Positions 51,822-62,863 of a DNA stretch of 64,000 nucleotides are shown piece after piece (position 1 is the first letter of the stretch; each line of letters starts with the position of its first letter). This DNA is from Antedon mediterranea (lineage: Eukaryota; Animalia; Echinodermata). The stretch covers positions 9,796,001-9,860,000 of the forward strand of contig NC_092673.1 in NCBI RefSeq assembly GCF_964355755.1, read 5' to 3'. The notes below the pieces were generated by a model. It was not told the origin of the DNA, did not search any database, and saw only the letters and a list, made by a program, of their open reading frames with translations. A program made the translations under genes and the position numbers.

Positions 51822-52286
51822 AAGTTAAAAAAAATCTGCGAGTTAAAAAAAAATCTGCGAGTTAAAACAAATCTGCGAGTTAAAAAAAAATCTGCGAGTT
51901 AAAAAAAAAATCTGCGAGTTAAAAAAAATCTGCGAGTTAAAAAAAAATCTGCGAGTTAAAAAAAAATCTGCGAGTTAAAAAAAATTTGCGAGTTAAAAAA
52001 AAATCTGGGAGTTAAAAAAAAATCTGCGAGTTAAAAAAAAATCTGCGAGTTAAAAAATTTGCAAGTTAAAAAAAAATCTGCGAGTTAAAAAAAAATCTGC
52101 GAGTTAAAAAAAAATCTGCGAGTTAAAAAAAATTTGCGAGTTAAAAAAAAATCTGCGAGTTAAAAAAAAATCTGCGAATTGAAAAAAAATCTGCGAGTTA
52201 AAATAAAATCTGCCAGTTAAAGACAAATCTGCCAGTTAAAGACAAATCTGCCAGTTACAAAACAAATCTGCCAGTTACAAAACAAA
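51822..52286. repeat. ~18-20-bp tandem array (GCGAGTTAAAAAAAAATCT)n, about 25 units
   Basis: Direct reading; shares the GCGAGTT core with the 49.3-kb array. Confidence 0.95.
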
Positions 52287-53430
52287 TGCTTGATTTAAAA
52301 ACATAAATGTTATATATTTATCAGTTATAATTGGATAACCCTTCTCTTTTAACATTTTAGTGAGCCACTTGAGTGTTCATTTCGATTTTAATCTTTTGGA
52401 TTTTGAACTCTTTACTTTGTTTTGTTTTTGTCTGATGAATGAAATAAATGAAAAAATATACATATTTGAAAATTCTCACTCTGTTTATATATGTGTGTGT
52501 GTGTGTGTGTGTGGGGGGGGGGGGGTATTAAGGTGGCACATAAGGAGATACTGGCATGTTTGCATTAGTAGTTATTATTTGTTTTTTGTACTAAAAACAA
52601 GTTAAATTAAATCAATGGCAATCACATAGATAAAAGAAGATAAAAGTTAGAACGCAATCAAGTTTAAACTATGTTATGTCCGACAGCTTCAGGCCCGTAG
52701 CCAGGGTGGATTTTTTATGGTTCGGGTGAAAGTATTTATTCTCTCGTTACTATCATCATTATATCATTACCATTAAAATTATAATTTTACATTGTTTCAT
52801 TATCCACATAAGTGTACATTGATTCATTGTATTGATTGAAAACATATTTTCACAAATCATATTAAAGAAGAAACTTGATGTAAAAAAATATTGAGTAATA
52901 CAGTAGCCTGGATTTATTTATATATGTTGTGAAGCTTTTAACGCTGTGTAGGCTACATAAGCCTGCAAACTCTCCTCCTACCCATCCTAGTAAAAAGTAA
53001 AAAAAAATCACTTGTGCCGCTTCCTTTAATATAGTAAGGGCAACAAGGGCCTTGTATATAATTACTAGCCCAGATACTAGCCAGGGCGGGAGTACGTTGT
53101 TGCATTGATGAAAGTTTAGAGAATCGACTGTCAATAGAAATAATGATATATATTTCAATCTTTTGTGGTGGTTTCCCATCTATTTTTATAAAATGTAAAT
53201 ATCAATCAATGCAGAAAGAAGTAAAAATAGAATGTAACATTCTCGGCTGTATATTAAATAATACAGATGTTTATAACATCTGCTTTAACTGTGTAATGTG
53301 TCATATTGGATACGGTAATGATTGAAATTGTTTGGCTCGCCTTCATAGGGTCAACTATATTGTGTTTTGAGAATATACCCTTCCCAGCATGTCAATCAAG
53401 CGAGCTGCCTAAATCTTCTTTAGGTTTTTA

Positions 53431-53688
53431 TTTTCGTATATTTGAGTCTCCCTTTTCCTATATTTTCCTACTTTTTGTATATTTGGGTCTCCCTTTTCGT
53501 ATATTTAGGTCTCCCTTTTCGTATATTTAGGTCTCCCTTTTCGTATATTTGGGGTCTCCCTTTTCGTATATTTGGGGTCTCCCTTTTCGTATAGTGGGGT
53601 CTCCCTTTTCGTATAGCGGGGTCTCCCTTTTCGTATTGGGTCTCGGGTCTCTGGTCTCTGGTCTCGGGTCTCTAGTTTCGAAACACCC
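53431..53688. repeat. Tandem ~21-23-bp units (gggtctcccttttcgtatattt) ending in a Mutator-like terminus gtttcgaaacaccc
   Basis: Terminus resembles gtttcgtgacaccc of the MITE ending at 44050. Confidence 0.75.
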
Positions 53689-54034
53689 GTCAAAACACCT
53701 ACCGTATTTAAAAAATACATGGCCAACCTAAAATCAAAAGTGTATGGTTTTTGTTCATTAATGAAAACTAATTGATCACAGAGGCTTGTACTAGTAGGCC
53801 TACTAATAACATGGGTGGCATAGCTTATCAGAATAGTGTCTACATATCGTCTATTGCCTTATCTAATCATTAAAACCTCAGACTCAACCATAAATTAAAT
53901 CTGATCCATCCTCATTGTCTTTATTTTGTATTACTTTTAGAACGAAATGATTGGACAATTAGTTCAATTTTGGGGGGTTAAGTAAAAAAGTTGACACAGA
54001 AAGTATTTAGTTCATGAGATGATCACAAGTCATA

Positions 54035-55058
54035 ATGGCTTTCAAAATTCCTACATTATCTGTATCTAAGAAGAAAGTGTATGATATTTCAGGGATTCAA
54101 AAATTTGATTGGAGCGAAATCTCATTTCCAAATGAGATTGGGCGCGGGGCATTTGGTATTGTACATCGAGCTACATACAAAAACAAACTAGTTGTGGTAA
54201 AACAAATTATTACCGAGGATGAAGAATACAAAAAATGATGGCCAAGGAATGCAAACTAATGAGTGCTCTTCAACACAGGAACATAGCAGATTTTAAAGGA
54301 GTTTGTGAACAACCTTACTCTATTATGGTGGAGTACTTATGCTTTAGCTTTAATCCATTTGGATTTGCAAAACAAGTTAATGATCTCTCTCAGTGGTTAA
54401 CTGCTATTGACCAATTAGAGGATGTATCAGATATGAATGATTTCTCGTCAATAATTGTTGCGGACATTGCCAATGGACTAGACTATCTGCATCATCTTAA
54501 CATTATACACAGAGATCTAAAACCACAAAATGTGCTAATCTCCAACAGGCATTATTCTGAAATTAACTGTGAAACTTCAGAATTTTACAGGGAATTTCAA
54601 AAGTGTCCCATTCATTGTAAATTGACTGACTTTGGGGAAAGTAGATCTGACTTCGTTCAGACTAAATCACTTGTAAACAATGCAACAGAAAATGTCCATC
54701 GTGGATCTATGCCATATATGGCTCCTGAAATCCTAACACATGAATCACAGTTTAAAGCAAGTATAAATGATCTGAAGAAAATCGATATCTGGGCATTGGG
54801 AATGACGATTTATAATATCTGCAATCCTGGGGTAAAATATCCATATGAGCTTGACACACAGGAAAAAAGTCAATTTCGGTTTCAGAAGTTTTTGATAAAT
54901 CAATTAAAGAATGGCAAGCGTCCATCACATTCTACAAAATACAGTGATGTTCAAAAAACAAAATGGAAGAAGATAATGAATATATATTTTCGGTGCACCA
55001 TAGTAAATCCACTAGCCCGTCCAAAAGCTTCATGGATAGTCCGAGAATTAAAAAAATG
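54035..55058 (+). CDS. Protein kinase domain (Ser/Thr or TKL-like)
   Basis: IGRGAFGIV, VVVKQI, HRDLKPQNVL, DFG, GSMPYMAPE, DIWALG, NPLARP. Confidence 0.92.
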
Positions 55059-58000
55059 GTAAGTACAGTTTATTTTGTGACTATAAAATCAATAATTCTT
55101 TGTAATTTAATATAGTGCATTATTGTCTTTGTAATTTTATATTATTAAAGCTCAGGCAGGCATGATTTTTATTTATTATTATGTCGGAATAAATGTACAT
55201 AAAGAAAAAAATTATGGTCAAATAATTAAGAATTTGCCAGACAAACTTTTTCAGTAGTTATGTAGGTATGCTTTAATCTGATTTACTCAACTCTAGAAAG
55301 TTATAAAAGTGCAAACAAATTATATATGAGGATATATAGTGGATAAGTTTTGATATAGCACAAATATAAAAATCTGAAGTTAAATATAAACACCAAAAAT
55401 AACAAATTCAAGTTAATAGTCATCTGATACATTTTTTTACCAACCCGCTTTGTAAGTTAAGAATAAAATGAAAAGTGAATTTTATGTTCAGTGTTGAAAC
55501 CTATCTAAATTGTCATTCTATTACAGTGGTGGTGCTAGTACTAGTAGTAACATTGATGACTGCATTGACATTTCTGAAGATGAAGCCAAGTCTAGTAAAA
55601 GTGTACCTCATGAAAACAAGAGTCTTAATGAACATGACATTGACTGCAGGTAAGAACAGATAATTCTGGGTTATTACATCACAAATTGCGTAGTACAAGA
55701 CCAAAACAATTTATATTATAGAACGTTACAAGCTATAAATTATCTGCTGCTAACTTTAAGATAAAACAATTGATATTACTCAATTTAAAGTAAACTTTGC
55801 CTAAAATTTTAAATCCATTCTTTATTTTATTAATTAGTGACATTGATGACTGCATTGAAATTTCTGAGGCTGAAGCCAAGTCTAGTAAAGGTGTATCTCA
55901 TAATGAACATGACATTGACTGCAGGTAAGAACACTAAACAAAAATTAATCCATTATAACATTAAACAGTAATTCTATTATATTGTATTCTCTATCCCTAG
56001 ACAATTACCTAATTTACAATAACTGACCCGAACAGAAAATAACTGTTAATGATCTGTATAGAGAGCAATTTTTATTTTTCATTTCATTGGTCGATTGCAT
56101 TATTCTATTCTTAATGATAATAATAATAATAAAGTTATCGGAAAATGGAAAACTTGATTACTTAACAAGTTCGTTTCAGTATGCAAGACTATTTACAAAA
56201 AAAACAAACAATTAAAAAAAAGTAAAAGAATGTGACTAAACCAATTCTTTATTTTATTAGTAACATTGATGACTGCATTGACATTTCTGAGGATGAAGCC
56301 AAGTCTAGTAAAAGTGTACCTCATGAAAACAAGAGTCTTAATGAACATGAAATTGACTGCAGGTAAGAACAGATAACACTGTGTTATTACATCACAAGAA
56401 CAAACCCTTAAAGACCACTTTATATTAAATTGATTACATCATGATTTAGTAAAAAAAAATGTCCAGTATATTATAGGGAACTTTAAGATTTCTCATATGT
56501 CTGTATTCAGTTTACGTCTGCCTTATATTCCTACTTTTTTTCAATGCTAGTAAACTCTATAGAGGATTAGTGTTATCTGAAAGATCTTTAATTTAACATG
56601 ATGTATTGCAAATAGTAACAAAAGAGGTATGGCAAGGGAGAAGGTGAATGCTGCCATTAAGGATAAAACAATTGATATTCAATTAAAGGTATTTTTCGAA
56701 AATTAGCCTTAAATGTTTATTCTGTTCTTTATTTTATTAGTAACATTGATGACTGCATTGACATTTCTGAGGATGAAGCCAAGTCTAGTAAAAGTGTACC
56801 TCATGAAAACAAGAGTCTTAATGAACATGACATTGACTGCAGGTAAGAACATTACTATGAAATATGATCTTTATTTGATGATTTCAATAAAATTCTTTGC
56901 TAATGTAACAATCGCTAAATAAATATGTTAAACTGACACCCAATTATATAATTTAATTTATTTTATTCTTTCAGTACTGCTCGACAGGCTTTTCAGTACA
57001 GAAGACCTACTAGTGAATTGACCATGGTATGCTAATAATTTGTTTCTAGTTTTAAAAATACAGTAATTAACAAAATTTTTAAAGCTGTATTGTCCCCAGA
57101 AAACATGAAATATGAAGATAAAATAGACTTTGTAGTTTTAATTAATAAAGTTAATCACTTCCATAGGGAAAAAAAGTCAATCTGACCATTGTTTTGCCTT
57201 AAATAACAGTTGTTCAGATAAAAAATAATGTTTGGTCAAAGTGAATAACTATAACTATATTCAACAAAACAACTTAATTTAACGTTTTTTTGTAAACTTT
57301 GCCTGAAATGTTTATTCTTTTATTTATTTTATTAGTTTCTAATTTTGTTATGATACAGGGAAATCAGGATTTTGTTATAATGGGAGATTTTCATCAGGCT
57401 TCCGAGGAACAATTCTTCCATGATGCTGCAGGTTCTCAGTGCTGCTCCATAAGTATAATGGCGATAGTATTCAGCAAAATGAAAGCATCAGTTAATTGGA
57501 CTAAAGATATCATTCATGATATAATGATGCAAGGTGACGCTGTCCATGTGTCAGCTTTAAGAAGGTTGGGATGGCCAGATAAACGAAGAGAAAAAACACT
57601 TGATGTTGATGAGCTACCAGAAATTTGGAGCTATACAGTAGATGGAAAACATATGAAAGCCAGTGTTGGTACGCTTGAAGGTGGCAAGTTTGGCTATAGT
57701 TTACACAATTTGCTAACCGAGTCACTTGTCATCAATTCATGCTCTTATCTGCTAAGAATTGCAGATAAATGCACTGCCATCATAAAAGATTCCAGTGAAG
57801 GATGGAGTCTATTTGACAGTCACGCCTGTAACTACAAAGGGCAACGAGACCCTGATGGTGCAGCAAGTATGACAAGGTTTGGGACAGCAACAAGGTTAAT
57901 TGAACATTTAGCAACATCATATCCTGATGATGGACGACAAATTGATATTTTTCCAGTTTATGTGCAGATATTAGGTGAAGATGAAGGTAAGCAATCTGAG

Positions 58001-60551
58001 TTTCTAAAATCATTATATAGACTGAGTAATAAAATAAAAATAATGATAGTAATTTATAATTATTAAAACGCTTAATTGCACACTGTTAAATTTGCAAGTT
58101 AAAAAGGAATTAAATCTTCCAACCCTCTATTATTAGCATCTATTTTAAAACAATTTTATAACATGACTATGCATATAATTTGGATTTAATTTAAGTTATT
58201 ACATATTTTGAGGTGAAATTTCCATTTAAATAATAATCATGATAACAAACTTTCTTGTGTTAGTATCGCATGAGTTGCAAACATTTCAGTTTTGATGACA
58301 TCATCAAGTCCAAACATGGATTACTTAACTATACACTATTATATAACACATAAATAAATTCATATAAATTTACAGTATTGGACAATTGTGGGTCACATGA
58401 TTTTAATAATTTCCATACAAAATAATGTACCATAATTGATTAATGTGACATTAACAATCAATTTTATTTATTTTAGATAATGAATCTGATTTGAACGATA
58501 CAGATGACAGTTCTGACTTCTCGATGAGATATAAAAATAATAAATATGACAAAGAGCACTGGAAAGAATGTATGCCAAAACAAGTCAACACACTGCCCTT
58601 TGATATCAATGGCTTAGAAGTTTATCATCTTTCCTGCAGTAAACAAAGTGAAATGATGAAAGTTTCAAAGGACGGAAGGCCATGGAACCGTTACTGCAAG
58701 ACTTCACGAAAACACTTTAAGGGGGTACGACGTATTTCACACTGTAAAGGATCGCCAATATGTAACAACCCGGAGTGCACATATCTGAAAATGTATGGGT
58801 GTCAAAACAGAAGCCAATTCGGTAAAGAGACGGGCATATTAGTGTGCTACACATGTGGGAAGGCAGCAGATCATGTAAAATGTTATGCCACGAAGGTATG
58901 GGAATACAGTAACGACATGGTGGTTGTTATGCATACTGGCTTCCACACATGTGTAGCAAAAAAACCAAATGTTTCTGTGGCCGTCATTGAAAAGGATATA
59001 AAACAGCATCCTGGTCTCAAGCCAAGTGCCATCGTTTCGGCCAAAATAAACGCAATCATGACCTCCAACAGCTTCAAGTGGAAAGATGTGGATGAGTTAG
59101 CTGAAAGATATAGTGAAATGAAAAGAGTCCACAATGCAAAGGAAAGGTTGAAGCAGGTGATGTTGCCACTTGGTGACAATTTTGAAGCTCTCGCGGATTT
59201 TAAACAGAAATGCGAGGAAAAGGATAAGTACCTAATATATCAGATAAATAACAGGACCTTTAACAACAAACATAGTTATGTTTTCAAGTCCAGCAAACAA
59301 ATGGCAGAACTGGCTCTATCAATGGACAGAGACCAAGATGGCATATTGTCAGGTGAATATGCCTATGTTGACGGCAAACATAACCACTGTAGAGGTTATG
59401 TTACGATCACATTATGGGTTTACCATCCAGTAATGAGACGAGTTGTTCGCCTTGCAGTGTGTGACACAGAGAAAGAGGACACCACTAACCTTGAAACATT
59501 TTGGAATGTTTTCAACGAGATGCTCTCTAACGCTGCTGGACGAACAGTAATTTTCAATCCCTGTGGTTTTGTTGCAGATGAAAATCATGCCAACTGGAAA
59601 AGTATCAAGAATGTGTTCGGCGATGATGGAGTTCGTAGAACTGTATCCTGCGAATTTCATTACAAGCAAAGTGTACAACGCCATTCAAAAAAAAATTCCG
59701 CAAGATGATGCTGCACAATTCATTGAGATTGCAAATTCTATGCTCACTGCATATTCCCTTACTGAACTTAATGAAGCATGCAAAGAAATGACCAAGTTCA
59801 CTGAGAAGCATCAAGTTCTTCAGAACTGGTATTCCTGGTGGTATGCTCGAAGAAGTCATATTTTTTGGGCTTACAAACCAAGTGATGCACCAGTTTCAAA
59901 CTTGGCTGAGGTAGGGCATGCTAAAATGAGTGTGTCAAAGCAAAAAATGTCCCTTTTAGAAGCAGCTAGGCAAGACGTAATCGATGCCATTAGACAACAA
60001 CCTGAGATTAACGGCTTCAAAGAAGGTCAACATAAGGGGAGGGGGGGGGGGGCAGAGGAGAAAGAGCAAATAAGAAAAAAGCATTGAAATACCGCAATGA
60101 AAAGAAGAGAGCTGCTCAATATGCAGAAGAGGTGGAGCATCTCTTCATTCCAGATCAAGGGTCTCATCGTCCGCCAGAACCAAAAAGGAGAAAATTAGCA
60201 AAAAGGGCACCAGTGAACAATGACGAGCATCCAGTATGTGTTTGTTTTTCAACGATGGTAATTAACCTTAAAACATGCTATGGGTGCAAAGAAAGATTTT
60301 CAGATCGCTATAGAAAAGAGCCAAATTATGTCATCTTAAAAGTCAACCTGAAAAGGAAATATACAAAAGATGGCAAAGAACATGTAGCATCGAAGGTATC
60401 TGCAGCCTACTTTCACCTAAACATGAACTGCGTAAGGAAGGTTAAACCGTACGCAGAAATCAACGAGATAGTCATTCACAATGAGGTAAAAGCACTCTTA
60501 AGAGCAGGACACAAACAGGTTTTAAAAATATTTGGAATGAAAGCAATATAG
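54035..60551 (+). CDS. Putative spliced kinase-deubiquitinase-GCM-like-MULE transposase fusion (~1,400 aa); exons 54035-55058, 55527-55649, 55838-55924, 56261-56362, 56741-56842, 56975-57026, 57359-57986, 58477-60551
   Basis: All junctions are GT/AG with phases 2,2,2,2,2,0,1 matching; three frameshifts, all in homopolymer runs (~54230 A6, ~59687 A9, ~60041 G12). Confidence 0.75.
57359..57986 (+). CDS. Herpes large-tegument-like (peptidase C76/VTD) deubiquitinase domain
   Basis: GDFHQ...F...AGSQC, W...I..I...GD.., LFDSH...G..DPDG. Confidence 0.75.
58477..60551 (+). CDS. GCM/WRKY-like Zn DNA-binding domain, Mutator-type DDE transposase and C-terminal Zn finger
   Basis: CKGSPICNNPEC...CYTC...C...HTGFHTC; YVDGKH, VADENHA, VF....CEFHYKQ, NLAE; CYGC...YFHLNMNC. 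Confidence 0.75.
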
Positions 60552-61657
60552 ATTTGGAGGCTGCTATTTTTTAAATAATATTAAAATACAGTGTGATCAC
60601 TACCCATGAATACTTATAACTTGACATTTTATTATAAATACATCATGTAAACTTTTGGATCTCTGTGTTTTTTGGGGGTTGGCTGGGGAATGTGTTTATG
60701 TTGAACAAAGCTACAATATTTTAAAATATATCTGTTCTGTTAAGGGTATGTTCAGACTCACAGTGTACGGTTTGTTATCTGACGCAAGACGTCAAGGTGT
60801 TCAGACACAACGATCAACATTCCAATGCTTGCATTTAAAACACTCTGATAATCAGATCTAAGCAGATTGAACTATGTATACATTCATGATGAAAAATGCA
60901 TTACAGTTTACATTGTAAAGTTGTTTTTTGATATTTTTATTTATACAGTATAATGTTACCTTCAAAATACTGATTTGTTCTTACTACTTGCAGAATTGCA
61001 TTCTAATTCAAAATAATTTCAAACACAATTAGCACACGGCCAATTATCTGATTATTACAGTATTGTATTTAATTTATGAAAATATATCGCTGACGTGAAC
61101 TGTACTTTAAAATTTAAAACCTGATAGTTTGACGGTCAGCGATCTCGATGTATGCCTGCTATTAACCGTGGTCGTGTCTTCTTATTGGTTAAGGTTAAAA
61201 TCACTGATGCCTCACTGGATTAGCATTATTAAATCTACCCTCTTCTTCAAGGGTTACTAACGCAACTGGTGCGGCGTAACAGCTCCCTAACGCTAATCCG
61301 TGGCCTAGTTCACACACAAAAATATGTACGCCGCTTACATAATGCCACCTTAACTGAACATATCCTAAAGCAAACATATTCCTTATTATCTTTAGTTACA
61401 GAATTATAACAAACAAGTTCTATCTTGTAATAAACAGTGCTTTGAAACACGAGGTTTAATTAATAACCATAAACTTAAATATTGTTTTTAATTCTGTACA
61501 TTTTTATTTTTAAGAAAGGTTTTAGAATTCAATATTGTCTAGAAAACAATTCTTTTTAAAGGGATTTACAGTACAATCTATATATAAATTTACGTAAGGG
61601 CAAAATTCGGTAAATCGCGCGTTATTTCTAGAATGTTTACTCGATGGTATATAAAGT

Positions 61658-62033
61658 TGGTTTTGTTGCAGATGAAAATCATGCCAACTGGAAAAGTATC
61701 AAGAATGTGTTCAGCGATGATGGAGTTCGTAGAACTGTATCCTGCGAATTTCATTACAAGCAAAGTGTACAACGCCATTCAAAAAAAATTCCGCAAGATG
61801 ATGCTGCACAATTCATTGAGATTGCAAATTCTATGCTCACTGCATATTCCCTTACTGAACTTAATGAAGCATGCAAAGAAATGACCAAGTTCACTGAGAA
61901 GCATCAAGTTCTTCAGAACTGGTATTCCTGGTGGTATGCTCGAAGAAGTCATATTTTTTGGGCTTACAAACCAAGTGATGCACCAGTTTCAAACTTGGCT
62001 GAGGTAGGGCATGCTAAAATGAGTGTGTCAAAG
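61658..62033 (+). pseudogene. Near-identical duplicate of the transposase core (59564-59940), interrupted by an LTR element
   Basis: GFVADENHANW...HAKMSVSK; differs by about 1 substitution and A8 versus A9. Confidence 0.92.
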
Positions 62034-62534
62034 TGTAATAAATTACCATTCCCTAACATATAGAGTAACATAGTATTTACATGAACATTCTAGAATAAGA
62101 TGTTTTGATTTAAGAAACCATGTATAATTAATAAGAACAATCAAGAACATTCCAGAAGTGCTATTAATAGAAACTGTAATCATGTAATAATGAGAAGTAT
62201 AAGGAATGATCTAGAAGGTTATGAACATATTGTATATAAGGGGAAGTATGACAATTGTAAGAGGGAGAAGGATTTTTGATTGAAGCATTTATTTTGAAGA
62301 AGGTTGTTGGATTAGAGGTTGGATTAGAGGTTGGATGTTATATTGTAAAGTCATTGTGAAGCTGTTGTTTAAAGTGCTTACTGGATTGTTAAAAGTTGAA
62401 GTTGATTGAAATTAAAGCTTTGTTTTGAGTTATTTTACAACTTTGTGGATTTTGTGTGTATACTTTTATGTCACAAGGGAGTTCCTAAAGTATTTTCAAC
62501 CGCTCGGAAACATACGTGAGAGGAGTTCGTGACA
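62034..62534 (+). mobile_element. 5' LTR of a Gypsy element, followed by a tRNA-Leu-type PBS (62540-62552)
   Basis: TGTAATA...GTGACA, TATATAA and ATTAAA inside, then tggtggcagcggt; 3' LTR is outside the window. Confidence 0.8.
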
Positions 62535-62863
62535 TAATTTGGTGGCAGCGGTTATTTCGATCTACTGTTCGACTTAACTGTGTATTTATCTACGGTTGTG
62601 ATATTTTGTGTAGCAGTTTGATCTACTGTATTTTGCCATAGATTGGTGGCTGTTTTAGGATCAACTGTACTTTATTGATTTTGTGAAAGCGGTACTTACG
62701 ATACTGTGATATTTTACGGAAGCCGCGGTGCTACGTTTTGTTTAATCGTAAGTACACAAACATTGTTTTAAGAACACTACATTGTTTATTTGGAACAGTA
62801 GACTTGTGAACGTCTCGGTAACTACGATTAACTAGTAACAAGACCCTCATCCAGATTTAAAAT

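Noticed and set aside
49335-53688. Regular short repeats superficially like CRISPR arrays
   Set aside because: No unique spacers, no cas genes, and the context is eukaryotic with spliced genes
49320-53688. Possibility that 49320 and 53688 are the two ends of a single MITE
   Set aside because: The termini are not reverse complements beyond GGG and the flanks share no TSD
55475-56922. ORF-track peptides VTLMTALTFL.MKPSLVKVYLMK
   Set aside because: Wrong frame; splice phases select the NIDDCIDISEDE frame
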